From assembly GCA_963665295.1 (NCBI GenBank), contig OY762209.1:672001-736000 (forward strand): DNA of 64,000 nucleotides. Reading direction: 5' to 3'. Both the position numbers and the translations under genes were made by a program. The DNA is from Syntrophorhabdaceae bacterium. Its GTDB lineage: Bacteria > Desulfobacterota > Syntrophorhabdia > Syntrophorhabdales > Syntrophorhabdaceae. The notes under the pieces were generated by a model. It was not told where the DNA came from, ran no database searches, and saw only the letters and a list, made by a program, of their open reading frames with translations. Shown in pieces: positions 48,487 to 58,975 of this stretch (its first letter is position 1; every line of letters starts with the position of its first letter).

Positions 48487-49032
48487 TCAAAAAAGCGACC
48501 CCGTCATTTTATCCAGTTGATCGGCGTTTATCTCGCCGATAATCTTGAAACTGAGAACGCCGTTCCGGTCGAGCACGTATGTGGTGGGGACGCCCGAAAC
48601 ACCATACCGTCTAGCAGTCGAAAGGCCCGGGTCGAGGAGGATCGGATAGGAAACATTCAGTTTTGCCACATATCTTTCCGCGACCTGCTTGTCCTCGCCC
48701 GCATTTATGGAAAAAGCTATGACTCCCCGGTCTTTATTTCTCCTGCAGAATGATTCGAGGATGTACATTTCCTTCACGCAGTACGAGCAGGAGCTGAGCC
48801 AGAAATGCAATAGTACGACTTTCCCTTTCAGGTCCGTCGGGATGGCCACGGTTTTCCCATCGAGACTGCTGAGGCGGACATCCGGCAGCCTGTCCCCGAC
48901 GGTCAGGCTTGCGGCGACCTTTCCCCTGGGAGTGACCGCAACGATGAGGCACACAAGCATCACCCCACCCAGAACCAGGACAAGGGCGGTGGGGAAGCCC
49001 CTCTTTCTTCCGGAATAAGCCCGTTTTTTCAT
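48487..49032 (-). CDS. TlpA/ResA-family thiol:disulfide oxidoreductase
   Basis: GKVVLLHFW-x-S-x-CSYC-x-x-E; YGVSGVPTT. Confidence 0.9.
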   Translation of the reverse strand: MKKRAYSGRKRGFPTALVLVLGGVMLVCLIVAVTPRGKVAASLTVGDRLPDVRLSSLDGKTVAIPTDLKGKVVLLHFWLSSCSYCVKEMYILESFCRRNKDRGVIAFSINAGEDKQVAERYVAKLNVSYPILLDPGLSTARRYGVSGVPTTYVLDRNGVLSFKIIGEINADQLDKMTGSLF

Positions 49033-49090
49033 ATTTTCCCTATAATCATCGACGGGAAGTAAGTCAACGGCCCGGAGAAAAGACGGTTTC

Positions 49091-50233
49091 TCAGCCTTCG
49101 CCGCTCTCCTCGTTGACCGCTGTCTCCTCCCCGGCGCTGCCCCCGACCCACGCCTTCAGGAGGGTGTAAGCTACCGCGAGCACTACGGGGCCGATGAAAA
49201 GACCGATAATCCCGAAGGCGAGCAGGCCGCCGATGACCCCGGCAAAGATCATGACGAGAGGCATATCGGCCCCTTTTCTGATGAGAACGGGACGGATAAT
49301 GTTGTCGAGGGTCACCGCGAGGACCGCAAATACAAGGAGGATTGTCCCCCACAATACCCCGTCATTGGCGTAGACCCAGATCAGGGCGGGAATGAGCACC
49401 AGGGTCGGACCCGCCTGGGCCAGACAGAGCATGAACATCACCGCAGTGAGGATCGCCACGGCCGGGACCCCGGTTACGAGAAGACCGATACCCCCGATGG
49501 TAGCCTGCATGAGGGCCGTGACCACCACGCCCAGGGCCACGCCCCGGATTGCCTTCTCCGCGAGATACATAACCTCCACCCCGTGCCGCCCTGCCAGGCG
49601 GCGGGCAAAATTACGGATACCCAAGGATGCCGTCTCACCTCTGGCGTAGAATATGGCCGCAATAATCACCGTCAAAAAGAACTGAAGTACCACCATCCCC
49701 ACACTGCCTGCCCGGGCGATAAACCATTTGATGGTCTCCCGGGCATAGGGGGCGAGGTACGTAAACGCCTGCTCCGGGCCCGTGTGGGAAAGCTGTTTCC
49801 AAAGGTCCACAAGCTTCGGGCCGGCCAGAGGAACACCCCCGAGCCACCCGGGAGGCGGCGGCGCGGGTAAAGTCGAGAGCGACTTCAACCAGGCAAAACC
49901 ATCGTCGGCCCCCATGATAATGGCGGTAATGGCGAGGAGAACGGGTATGACGACCACCAGCAGGAGCGCAACCGTCATGATCATCACGGCGAGCCACCGT
50001 TTGTTCCTCAGCCGCCCCTGGAGCCTGAGGAGGACGGGCCAGGTAGTCACCACGATCATGCCTGCCCAGACGATCGAGCTGATGAAGGGACGCATAACCC
50101 ACCCCACGGCGCCGATGAGGACGGCTATGAAAAGGATCTGAAGGGTCGTGCGGGTTACGTCGTGAGACGGCGGAAGCGTTTCCGCAACTGTCTCCTTCGG
50201 GACATTGTCGGCATTCACACTGTTATTGTCCAT
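49091..50233 (-). CDS. ydiK: AI-2E family transporter (YdiK-like)
   Basis: Polytopic membrane protein; DNIIRP...GVIGG...FGIIGLFIGP. Confidence 0.85.
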   Translation of the reverse strand: MDNNSVNADNVPKETVAETLPPSHDVTRTTLQILFIAVLIGAVGWVMRPFISSIVWAGMIVVTTWPVLLRLQGRLRNKRWLAVMIMTVALLLVVVIPVLLAITAIIMGADDGFAWLKSLSTLPAPPPPGWLGGVPLAGPKLVDLWKQLSHTGPEQAFTYLAPYARETIKWFIARAGSVGMVVLQFFLTVIIAAIFYARGETASLGIRNFARRLAGRHGVEVMYLAEKAIRGVALGVVVTALMQATIGGIGLLVTGVPAVAILTAVMFMLCLAQAGPTLVLIPALIWVYANDGVLWGTILLVFAVLAVTLDNIIRPVLIRKGADMPLVMIFAGVIGGLLAFGIIGLFIGPVVLAVAYTLLKAWVGGSAGEETAVNEESGEG

Positions 50234-50763
50234 GATTTCTCCTCTTGGCGAAAGACCGCACCTCTACCGCCGTTTTACGGCCATGGGCCCTTCCGGGCAA
50301 CATGTGTATTATTCTGTTATTGCGCTGCCCCAATGTCAATAGAATTCCGCCGGGACGGGGCAGTGGGAAGATCGGGGAAGGGAAAACCCCTCCGTACTTT
50401 AAGGGGGCAATCCCAAACCGGGGTTCTACTCTTCCATGTACTTTTTGTCCGGGCACCTTCAACACGGTAAACTTCACCGCTGACACGGGAGTTACCAGGG
50501 TAATAATTATTCGGCCCGGTCCCCGGGACCCGGCTACCGTTCCCGGGAACCGGTCTTTGTGCGGACAATAGACTGGCATACATGGTAATCGACAGGCTCC
50601 CGTGTTATAGTATTAATGGGATTAATAGGATTAGATTAAACGTGATTCCCGGAGGCGAAGCGGCAATCCGGGATACAATCAGCCGTCGGTCGGGGAGGAC
50701 TCATGACGCCACGGTGTGTGTCACATCCCTGTTTTTGTTCCGAAATAACCAGGTGGAGGATAT

Positions 50764-52665
50764 ATGCAGTCTGACGATAAGAAGAAGCCCATGGAGGAAT
50801 TGAAGGACAGATTGCATTCTGTCTTCGGCACAGGGGCTCCGCAGCAAAAAGGAAAAGGGGGCTTGCCGCCCAAAACCCATTTCAGCATCTGGTATTTCCT
50901 GATTGCCATGCTTTTGATCATGTACCTGCAACAATACCTTTTCGCCCCCAAGGTGGAAATGATCCCCTACGGCGAGTTCAAGCAGAGCCTCGCCGTAGGA
51001 GGTGTGAGCAAATTGGTCATCGGCCCGGATCAGATCACGGGTAAGTTGAAAGGGAAAGATCAGAAACCGGAGAAGGACTTCACCACCGTCCGCGTCGACG
51101 ATCCCGGTCTGGTCAAGGAGCTTGACGAACGCAAGGTCGGGTACCAGGGACGATACGACAGCAAGTTCCTGAGCGGCATCCTTACCTGGATACTTCCCAT
51201 AGGGATTATGCTCCTCGTCTGGCGGTTCGCCATGAAGAAGATGGGGCCCGGCATGGGGGTCATGTCTTTCGGCAAAAGCAAGGCCAAGCTTTTTGCGGAA
51301 AGTGAGACCAAGGTCACTTTCGCTGATGTGGCGGGAATCGACGAAGCTAAGGAAGAACTACAGGAAGTGGTGGAATTCTTACGAAATCCGGGGAAATTTC
51401 AGAAGCTTGGCGGGAGAATCCCCAAAGGAGTGCTCCTCGTGGGTCCCCCGGGAACAGGAAAGACCCTGCTCGCCAAGGCCGTTGCAGGGGAGGCGAAAGT
51501 GCCTTTTTTCAGCATCAGCGGGTCCGAATTCGTGGAAATGTTCGTGGGCGTCGGGGCATCCCGTGTCCGCGACCTCTTTTCCCAGGCCACGGGGCAGGCC
51601 CCGTGCATCGTTTTCATCGATGAACTCGATGCGTTGGGCAAAGCCCGGGGGATGAATGTCTTCGGAGGAAACGACGAGCGGGAACAGACCCTGAACCAAC
51701 TCCTCGTGGAAATGGACGGCTTCGAATCGAACAAAGGGGTCATCATCATGGCCGCCACCAACCGGCCGGAGATCCTCGACCCGGCCCTGCTCAGGCCCGG
51801 AAGGTTCGACCGGCAGGTCCTGGTTGACCGCCCCGACATAAACGGGAGGGAGGCAATCCTTCGCATACACTCCGTGAACGTCACCCTGGGACCCGATGTG
51901 GACCTTCGGAAGATCGCCGCCCTCACCCCGGGCTTTGTGGGGGCCGATCTCGCCAACCTCGTAAACGAGGCCGCCCTGCTCGCAGCCCGAAAAAGCAAGG
52001 AAACGGTCGGGCCAAAGGAGTTCGATGAGGCTGTGGACCGGGTAGTGGGCGGACTGGAAAAGAGAAACCGGGTGATGAACCCCCAGGAGAAGGAGATCGT
52101 GGCCTTTCACGAGTCGGGTCACGCAATTGTGGCCGAATCCGTGGGACATGCCGACCCGGTACACAAGATATCGATCATCCCCCGGGGCATTGCGGCCCTC
52201 GGCTACACCCAGCAGCAACCCACGGAAGACCGTTACCTCCTCACCCGCACCGAACTGCTCGACCGGCTTGCCGTCTTCCTGGGAGGGAGGGTGGCGGAAG
52301 AACTGGTCTTCAGCGAAATATCGACGGGCGCCCAGAATGACCTGCAGCGCGCAACGGATATCGCCCGGTCCATGGTCACGGAATACGGCATGAGCGACCG
52401 CCTGGGTCTCGTTACCTACGAGCCGTCTCACCGGCCCATGTTCCCTCCCGAAGGGTACGCCTCAAATAAGACCTATAGTGAAACAAGGGCTACCCAGATT
52501 GACGAGGAGATCTCCCGGATGGTCGAAGAAGCCCATAAGAGGGTGCAGAAGATCCTCACGGATCGCAGAAAAATCCTCGATGACCTGGCCCACCTCCTGT
52601 CAAAAAATGAAATCGTGCAGGGCGAAGAGTTGAGGATGATGCTATCCGCATTCACCGCCGCCTGA
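50764..52665 (+). CDS. ftsH: ATP-dependent zinc metalloprotease FtsH
   Basis: 2 [28 protein letters not shown]. Confidence 0.96.
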   Translation: MQSDDKKKPMEELKDRLHSVFGTGAPQQKGKGGLPPKTHFSIWYFLIAMLLIMYLQQYLFAPKVEMIPYGEFKQSLAVGGVSKLVIGPDQITGKLKGKDQKPEKDFTTVRVDDPGLVKELDERKVGYQGRYDSKFLSGILTWILPIGIMLLVWRFAMKKMGPGMGVMSFGKSKAKLFAESETKVTFADVAGIDEAKEELQEVVEFLRNPGKFQKLGGRIPKGVLLVGPPGTGKTLLAKAVAGEAKVPFFSISGSEFVEMFVGVGASRVRDLFSQATGQAPCIVFIDELDALGKARGMNVFGGNDEREQTLNQLLVEMDGFESNKGVIIMAATNRPEILDPALLRPGRFDRQVLVDRPDINGREAILRIHSVNVTLGPDVDLRKIAALTPGFVGADLANLVNEAALLAARKSKETVGPKEFDEAVDRVVGGLEKRNRVMNPQEKEIVAFHESGHAIVAESVGHADPVHKISIIPRGIAALGYTQQQPTEDRYLLTRTELLDRLAVFLGGRVAEELVFSEISTGAQNDLQRATDIARSMVTEYGMSDRLGLVTYEPSHRPMFPPEGYASNKTYSETRATQIDEEISRMVEEAHKRVQKILTDRRKILDDLAHLLSKNEIVQGEELRMMLSAFTAA

Positions 52666-52835
52666 AAAGTGCCTTGTCCGCCCGGGGGGGGGCACCCCCG
52701 GCGGACAAGGCACTCCGGCCGGGCAATGCCTTCGGGGGCGTCCCGGTCCGGCCAGTTTCCCCTCCGGCTCACCCTAAGCATCCGCTACACCGCTGTTGTA
52801 AAAGACCTCTGCCTTCCCGCGGTCGGCGCCGCCCC

Positions 52836-53681
52836 TCAGCACCGTGCCGTTCCGATCACTTCCTCGCAGGGTATGACGATCCGGTCCTCTCCCGAGCGAA
52901 AATGCTCCGCAGTTTTCATGACGGTCACTCTTATTTTCGACGCGACTTCCTCCGGTATGCCGGTGAGCAACATCTGGAGACGGCCGCTTATGCCCACCAC
53001 CCTCTCCCAGTATTCCTCCGCGCTCTTCACTTCGAGAGCAACGGTCGTCCTCCTCGTCGTGATGTCTCGAAAACCGGCGTCGGAAAGGGCCTTTTCGAGG
53101 ACCCCCTCCGCCCCGAAGTCGAACCACATGGGCGCGCCGGGCACTGCGGCCGCGGGCCACAGGTCCCTCACGGTCTTCGCAACTATGCCTATCGTAAGGG
53201 CGCGGTCGGGCGTGCTCCACACGGAAAGGGCCAGCCAGCCTCCGTCCTTCCTGAGGACACGCTGCATCTCCAAAAGGGCCTTTGTCCGGTCCGTGGTATG
53301 CACGAGCCCGTGGTTACACAGGACCACGTCGAAGGAGTCGTCGGCAAAGGGCAGGGCCTCTGCATCCCCTTCCTGGAAAACGACGTTCGTGAGACCTCTC
53401 TCCCCGGCCTTCTTTCGTGCCAGCTCCACCATTCCCGGCGCAAGGTCCACTCCCGTCACGGTCCCGCCAGGGGCCACAAGGCGCGCTGCCATGAGGGCCG
53501 GGATGCCCGGGCCGCAGGCGACGTCGAGGACGTGCCTACCGGGCGCGAGTTGAGCGCCCTCGAGGAGCGGCGTCGCGCACATTTCGAAAACCCCGCTTCC
53601 GAACCTTTCATAATCGGACGCGGTCATACTGTAAACACGGCTCTCAATGATCTTGTATTGTGCAGGATCGAATGTGGTCAT
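52836..53681 (-). CDS. Class I SAM-dependent methyltransferase
   Basis: VLDVACGPG...GVD...GDAEALPFADDSFD. Confidence 0.9.
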   Translation of the reverse strand: MTTFDPAQYKIIESRVYSMTASDYERFGSGVFEMCATPLLEGAQLAPGRHVLDVACGPGIPALMAARLVAPGGTVTGVDLAPGMVELARKKAGERGLTNVVFQEGDAEALPFADDSFDVVLCNHGLVHTTDRTKALLEMQRVLRKDGGWLALSVWSTPDRALTIGIVAKTVRDLWPAAAVPGAPMWFDFGAEGVLEKALSDAGFRDITTRRTTVALEVKSAEEYWERVVGISGRLQMLLTGIPEEVASKIRVTVMKTAEHFRSGEDRIVIPCEEVIGTARC

Positions 53682-53734
53682 CGCGCTGCCTCCCCTTTTT
53701 TCCATAATGTATACCGGGCATGAAGCGCATGACA

Positions 53735-53752
53735 ATCACCCGAATGGGTGAT
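53735..53752. promoter_or_regulatory. Palindromic operator, candidate LuxR/NarL-type box
   Basis: ATCACCC-N4-GGGTGAT between the LuxR gene and the methyltransferase, adjoining a TTGTCA -35. Confidence 0.55.
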
Positions 53753-53762
53753 AGGGCTACAA

Positions 53763-54449
53763 TTATATGAGGTTACGGGATGCCCACACCGCCGCCTGGG
53801 TCCGGTCGGTAACGCCCAGCTTTGAAAAGATATTCCGCACGTGGGTCTTCACCGTGTCGGGGCTGATGTCGAGAACGCGGGCCGTCTCCTTGTTGGAAAA
53901 ACCCCGTGCCATGAGCTTCAGGACCTCCTCTTCACGGGGGGTGAGGGTAATCTGCCCGCCGGCATCCGCCTCCCTTCCGCCTTCCCCGGCCCCTGCCGCG
54001 TTCAGGTCCCGGAGCGCCTCTTCGAGGGATTCCACATACCGCCTGCGCTGGTTCTCATCCTTTTTCTTGTCGTCGATGGGTATCAGGATTTCAAAAATGT
54101 GCTTGACGAGCCCCTGGGCGTCGAAGACGGGGTAGGCCCGGACTTCCGCATGCCGCCGCTCCTTGTTGGGAAGGTCGAGCCACCGCTCCATGACGCAAGG
54201 CTTTCCCGTGTCGGAAACGATCTTCAAAAGGCAGACCGGACAAGGGGTGTCCCGCCTGCGCCACACCTCGTAGCAGGGTTTTCCGATCATCCGGTCCAGG
54301 GGCTGTTCGACCTTTTCGGCCATAAGCCTGTTTGCCCAGAGGACCGTGTAGTCCTTGTTGAGGAGGTTGACGGCGATATCGGGGGCGTTCTCGAAGACCG
54401 CTTTGAAAAGATTCAATGAAGTGTCAAAAGAAAGAGTGCCCTCTCCCAT
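53763..54449 (-). CDS. PAS + LuxR-type HTH transcriptional regulator
   Basis: GKPCYEV...[16 protein letters not shown]...G-x-SNKE-x-A...TVKTHV. Confidence 0.92.
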   Translation of the reverse strand: MGEGTLSFDTSLNLFKAVFENAPDIAVNLLNKDYTVLWANRLMAEKVEQPLDRMIGKPCYEVWRRRDTPCPVCLLKIVSDTGKPCVMERWLDLPNKERRHAEVRAYPVFDAQGLVKHIFEILIPIDDKKKDENQRRRYVESLEEALRDLNAAGAGEGGREADAGGQITLTPREEEVLKLMARGFSNKETARVLDISPDTVKTHVRNIFSKLGVTDRTQAAVWASRNLI

Positions 54450-54522
54450 CGTTCCCCCCTTCCTCTCACCGGTTTCCTATCCTGCCCGCCCATGGGCGAT
54501 GCAATTCCTGCTCAGGTCCTGC

Positions 54523-55125
54523 TCATTTCTTCCTTTCCCGTGCCATAAGTTCGATCTCGGAGGCAAGTTTCGCTTCGCACTCCGGACAAATGCCGTGGGA
54601 AAACATGACGCCCGAATGATTGCTTATGTATGATTCGATCTGCTCCCAGTAATTCGTGTCGTTTCGTATCTTCTTGCAATAGGAACAAATAGGGAGGAAA
54701 CCCCGCAGTTGTTTGATCTCAGCACTCCGGGCCTTCTCCAAAGCCTCCTGGGCTTCAATCCTTTCAGTCACATCGACGCAACTGCCGATATAGCCCTGAA
54801 ACCTGCCTTCACTGTCGGAGTAAGGCACGCCCCTGTCGAAAATCCAGCGGTAAGCCCCGTCATGCCGGCGAAGCCTGTAGATCATTTCGAAGATCTCCCT
54901 CGCAGCGAAATGTTCCGTGTATATCTTCAGGCATTGATCGAGGTCATCGGGATGGACCCCTTCCACCCAGCCGTTGCAGGTCTCCTGTTCCATTGTTCGC
55001 CCTGTAAAGGCCAGCCATGTCTCATTGAAGTAGTTACACTCCATCGTAACGGAGGAGCGCCAGATCATGATGGGCGCCTTTTCGACAAGTTGCCTGTATT
55101 CCTCATAACTAAGTTCCTCTTTCAC
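54523..55125 (-). CDS. PAS domain protein with C-terminal zinc-ribbon-like domain
   Basis: VHPDD...YRLRRHDG-x-YRW; LPICSYCKKIR...SHGICPEC. Confidence 0.85.
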   Translation of the reverse strand: MKEELSYEEYRQLVEKAPIMIWRSSVTMECNYFNETWLAFTGRTMEQETCNGWVEGVHPDDLDQCLKIYTEHFAAREIFEMIYRLRRHDGAYRWIFDRGVPYSDSEGRFQGYIGSCVDVTERIEAQEALEKARSAEIKQLRGFLPICSYCKKIRNDTNYWEQIESYISNHSGVMFSHGICPECEAKLASEIELMARERKK

Positions 55126-55238
55126 CGCCGCCTGCCTTGACCAAGTCTTATGGGCCGCCTGCCTGCCCTCGTCCGCCCTCCGGTTTCATCATAGCATCTC
55201 AGCCGCGCCGATTCAAGACGCCCCGGTAACGGGCAAGG

Positions 55239-56615
55239 CTACCGGGATTTGTCCTTCCCGGTCAGCACCCTTTCGCTCACGGTTTCCAGGCCTTCGTTCC
55301 TGACGCCCACGGGGAAGAGGGCTACGAGGATCATGCAGATGAAGCAGGGGATGGAAAAGACCACAAAGAACAGGCTGAAGCTGAACCCCGCCGTCTGCAC
55401 GAGGCCTCCTATGATGGGCCCTATGATGGAGCCCAGCCTCCCCACCGCGTACGCCCATCCGGCCCCGGTGGAACGGAAGCGGGTGGGATAGATTTCACCG
55501 GCCACCACGTGGAGCGCCGCGGGGACGCCCACCATGAAGACGCCTGTCGCCGCCCCCGCCATATAGAGGGACGCGGCGGAGGTGACAAAGCCGAAGAGTA
55601 TCACCGACAACCCTCCCACGAAAAAGCAGAAGCAGAGTCCCAGTTTCCGTCCGAAGGCGTCCATGAGGCAGCCGAGGAGCACTCCGCCCACTGCGGCCCC
55701 GAAGGCCTGCACAATGCCGTAGCTGTAGCTTTTCACCAGGGACAGCCCCGTATTGGCGAGAAGCGACGGGAGCCAGGTGGAGAGTCCGTAAAGGGCCAGC
55801 ATATTAAAGAGGTAAACGCCCCATATGAGGAGGGTCATAGTCCTGATGCCGGGCCGGAAAAGCTCTTTAAACCCCACATTGGCGAGGGTCCCCGACTGGG
55901 CGAAGCTGTCGTGGGTCCACGTGCAGGGCTCGAAGCAGGCCGCCCTCTCAACCTTTTGCAGTTCATCGATAGCCTCGGGATAGCGCTTCTTTCCCGCGAG
56001 AAAACGGACGGACTCCGGCAGGGTCGCCCTTATTACAGGGAGGAGAAAGAGGGGCAGTACCCCGATGAGGAATACGGCGCGCCACCCGAAACGGGGCACC
56101 ACGGCCATGGAAACGAGGCCCGCCACTACCCATCCCACGGTAAAGCCGCCCCCTACCACGGTGAGAAACCTCGCCCTGATCCTCGAGGGAGCGAACTCGC
56201 CCAGGAGGGTTACGGTGAGGGGAATGGCCCCGCCGATACCCAGACCCGACAGGAATCGGAGGACGCAGAATACCTTGAAGTCGGGGGCGAAATAGGCGGC
56301 CCCGTTGAATACGGAGAATACGGCCACGATAAGCAGGATGGCGTTCTTTCTTCCCAGGCGGTCCGACACCATGCCGAGACCGGCCGCGCCTATCATGAGA
56401 CCCAGGAAGCCGTAGGATATCATGGTCCCCGCTTCCAGGGGCGTAAGGTGCCACTCTTTGAGCGCAAGGGGCAGGATGTAGGCGATAATCTGGGAACTGT
56501 ATCCCGCGAAGATGGTTATCAACGTGCCGAGCACGAGGAGGCGCCCGTGGAACCGGCTGAATTTCAGGTTATCGAGCCATTCAAAAGCGCAGACCGGCCC
56601 ATCTTTTGCCCGCAT
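55239..56615 (-). CDS. MFS transporter, aromatic acid:H+ symporter-like
   Basis: SDRLGRK; RFLSGLGIGG; EFAP; LPESVRFL; EIYPT-x-x-RSTG. Confidence 0.88.
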   Translation of the reverse strand: MRAKDGPVCAFEWLDNLKFSRFHGRLLVLGTLITIFAGYSSQIIAYILPLALKEWHLTPLEAGTMISYGFLGLMIGAAGLGMVSDRLGRKNAILLIVAVFSVFNGAAYFAPDFKVFCVLRFLSGLGIGGAIPLTVTLLGEFAPSRIRARFLTVVGGGFTVGWVVAGLVSMAVVPRFGWRAVFLIGVLPLFLLPVIRATLPESVRFLAGKKRYPEAIDELQKVERAACFEPCTWTHDSFAQSGTLANVGFKELFRPGIRTMTLLIWGVYLFNMLALYGLSTWLPSLLANTGLSLVKSYSYGIVQAFGAAVGGVLLGCLMDAFGRKLGLCFCFFVGGLSVILFGFVTSAASLYMAGAATGVFMVGVPAALHVVAGEIYPTRFRSTGAGWAYAVGRLGSIIGPIIGGLVQTAGFSFSLFFVVFSIPCFICMILVALFPVGVRNEGLETVSERVLTGKDKSR

Positions 56616-56633
56616 AGCCGCGGCTCCCCGCCC

Positions 56634-58835
56634 CTACTCGCCCGCCCCTTGACCGGACCCGGCTATGCTGGTGAAGACGGCGGTGACGGTATAGGCCTTC
56701 TCCATGGGAATGGTACAGCCTCCTGTCCCCGGACAGAGGGTGGCGGGTTTCCAGCCGGAGAAGACGGAGCCTGTATCGGCGGTTGGGTGAAGGGTGACGG
56801 AACTGTGGAGAGGGAAGAGCCCGGAAGCGCTCTTGCAGGTCGAGCCGCAGTCAATGCCGACGGGGCTGCTATCGACCGTCCCGGAGCCGCCTTTGACCGC
56901 CTGTTTCTTCACGGTCAGTTTCTGAGGCCCCACGAAGACGGCCTGGATGGATTTCGCCTTGTCGGTGACGACCGTGCAATCTCCTGTCCCCGGACAGAGG
57001 GTGGCGGGTTTCCAGCCGGAGAAGACGGAGCCTGTATCGGCGGTTGGGTGAAGGGTGACCGAAGTCTGGAAGGAGTAAGGCCAGACGGCCTTGGCGCAGC
57101 CCGTGCCGCAGTCTATGCCGACGGGCGAGCTTACCACTCTCCCGTCGCCTTTATCCTTGTTCTGCTTCGATACGGTCAGTTTCTGAGGCCCCACGAAGAC
57201 GGCCTGGATGGATTTCGCTTTATCCATAACCACCGGACAATCCCCTGTCCCCGGACAGAGGGTGGCGGGTTTCCAGCCGGAGAAGACGGAGCCTGTCTTT
57301 GCCGTGGCGGAAAGGGTCACAGGAGTATCCCTGTAATATGAGTTCTTGCATGTCGCGCCGCCGGGCCCGCAATTGACGGTCTGGTCGTGGCTCTGTATCG
57401 TTCCGTCTCCCCCGTTCACTTTGGACCTCGACACGGTAAGGACGACCCGTTTCGTCGTGCTCGGGACAAAGGTCGCACGGACCGTGAGGTCTCCGGTGAC
57501 CGTGACCTTGCATGACGAGAGCGTGCCCTCGCATGCCCCCGACCAGTAATCGAAGGCGTAACCGCTTCCCGTGCTCGCCGTGAGGGTAACCTCCTGACCG
57601 CACGCGAAGCTGTGGCTCGCCGTGATGCAGCCGTCCCCGCAGGAGATGCCTGCCGGGTCGCTCGCGACGGTTCCCATGCCGCTCCCCGCCTTTGTCACGG
57701 TCAGGCTGCACGGGGGGAAAGTGGTAAAGTATGGAGCGTTTTGAGCCTTGTAGGCAACCAGGGTGTTTTTCGCGTTGGTGTTATACGCGAGGGCAAGGTC
57801 CCTCTGCACGGAAGGATTCACTATGGAAAACGAGGCGCCGTAGTTGGTTCCGTCGCTGTTCACTTCCTGGCCGTATATCCCCCCGCTATACCATGCCGTG
57901 AAGAACCTTCCGTTGCCGCTCTGATAAACCACGTCATTGGCAAAATCAACGGTCCAGGAAGGGACAATCACCTGATACGAACCGTTTAAGGTGCCGTCTG
58001 CGTTTACCAACTGACCCCACAGCTGATGGCCCGTGCCGCCGTAGACTTCCCAGATTACGAGAAACCTGGAGTTTACGGGGTCAAAAGCGATTGCGGGCGG
58101 GTAGAGATAGGCGCTCGAATCAAGGATCGTGAAGGGGCTCTTGAACACGGCCATATCGTCCGTTATGATGGTCCCCACCATGCTCATGGGAGGGTAAGAA
58201 CCACCATGGGTGAGGGCGGCGATAAGGAAGCGATGGTTGACGCTGTCATAGGCTATACCGGGAGTCTCCGCATAGCTTGCCCCGGGAATAGCAGTAAAAC
58301 TCTCTCCGTACAATGCCCCGTCGCCGTCTACAAACCGGCCCATCACGTTTATGGGCGATCCCTGTCCGAACACCACCAGGTATCTGCCGCTTGAAGGAGA
58401 GTATGCAATCTTGACGGTGGTCTGGTTGTCCGTGCTGTCCGTAATGGCTATCTCATCACCTGCAAGGGAGCCGTCGGATGACAGGATCCTCCCCCTTACG
58501 ACGAAATCTCCCACACCCGCGTTATATTCGGTCCAGGCCACGAGAAACCTGTCAAGCACCGTGTCATAGGCAACCGCGGGGTTGCTCGCGGAGGTGCTGG
58601 TTGTCACCTTAACGGCGCTTCCCACCGGGGTCGAGGAGGCGTCCACAAGACGGCACTCTATGCCGGTGTATTGCGTCTCCGAAGGGTCCAGGAGATTGTA
58701 TGCAGTCATGTACTGGTTATTTTTCGAGCCATACGAAGAAGCCATCGTATTGTAATAGGCATGAACCACCGGGACGAACGCGGCGAAGACCATGAACAGC
58801 GCCATAACTGCAAGAATCCTGTATATTCTCCTCAT
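56634..58835 (-). CDS. Secreted protein with N-terminal beta-repeat region and four InlB-B-like repeats
   Basis: Signal peptide; P-x-(V/I)AY(D/N) repeats; LTV-x-K...G-x-G-x-V-x-S-x-P-x-GI-x-CG...F-x-GW repeats. Confidence 0.8.
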   Translation of the reverse strand: MRRIYRILAVMALFMVFAAFVPVVHAYYNTMASSYGSKNNQYMTAYNLLDPSETQYTGIECRLVDASSTPVGSAVKVTTSTSASNPAVAYDTVLDRFLVAWTEYNAGVGDFVVRGRILSSDGSLAGDEIAITDSTDNQTTVKIAYSPSSGRYLVVFGQGSPINVMGRFVDGDGALYGESFTAIPGASYAETPGIAYDSVNHRFLIAALTHGGSYPPMSMVGTIITDDMAVFKSPFTILDSSAYLYPPAIAFDPVNSRFLVIWEVYGGTGHQLWGQLVNADGTLNGSYQVIVPSWTVDFANDVVYQSGNGRFFTAWYSGGIYGQEVNSDGTNYGASFSIVNPSVQRDLALAYNTNAKNTLVAYKAQNAPYFTTFPPCSLTVTKAGSGMGTVASDPAGISCGDGCITASHSFACGQEVTLTASTGSGYAFDYWSGACEGTLSSCKVTVTGDLTVRATFVPSTTKRVVLTVSRSKVNGGDGTIQSHDQTVNCGPGGATCKNSYYRDTPVTLSATAKTGSVFSGWKPATLCPGTGDCPVVMDKAKSIQAVFVGPQKLTVSKQNKDKGDGRVVSSPVGIDCGTGCAKAVWPYSFQTSVTLHPTADTGSVFSGWKPATLCPGTGDCTVVTDKAKSIQAVFVGPQKLTVKKQAVKGGSGTVDSSPVGIDCGSTCKSASGLFPLHSSVTLHPTADTGSVFSGWKPATLCPGTGGCTIPMEKAYTVTAVFTSIAGSGQGAGE
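56722..57296. repeat. Three intragenic repeats with 261-bp period
   Basis: Identical block cctgtccccggacagagggtggcgggtttccagccggagaagacggagcctgt at 56722, 56983 and 57244. Confidence 0.92.
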
Positions 58836-58975
58836 AAACCCTCCCTTTCCTTTTCTCCTTCATCCCAAAATGATTCTACGAAATCCGACTAAGCTTGTAA
58901 ACAACTTTTGGGGTCAGGGTTTAAAAGTGGGGGGAAACCTGCTATAATAGGTGGTCCTTCGGGGCAGGAAAGAAG

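Noticed and set aside
50317..50583. Gamma-glutamylcyclotransferase-like remnant (YYPG...VSGEVYRV)
   Set aside because: One short motif only; too weak to call.
55509..57341. Long antisense ORFs (e.g. 55509-57341, 61548-63125, 28375-29751)
   Set aside because: Shadow frames opposite well-supported GC3-rich genes; no motifs.
58860..58975. preQ1 riboswitch upstream of yhhQ
   Set aside because: No preQ1-I stem-loop with A-rich tail recognisable.
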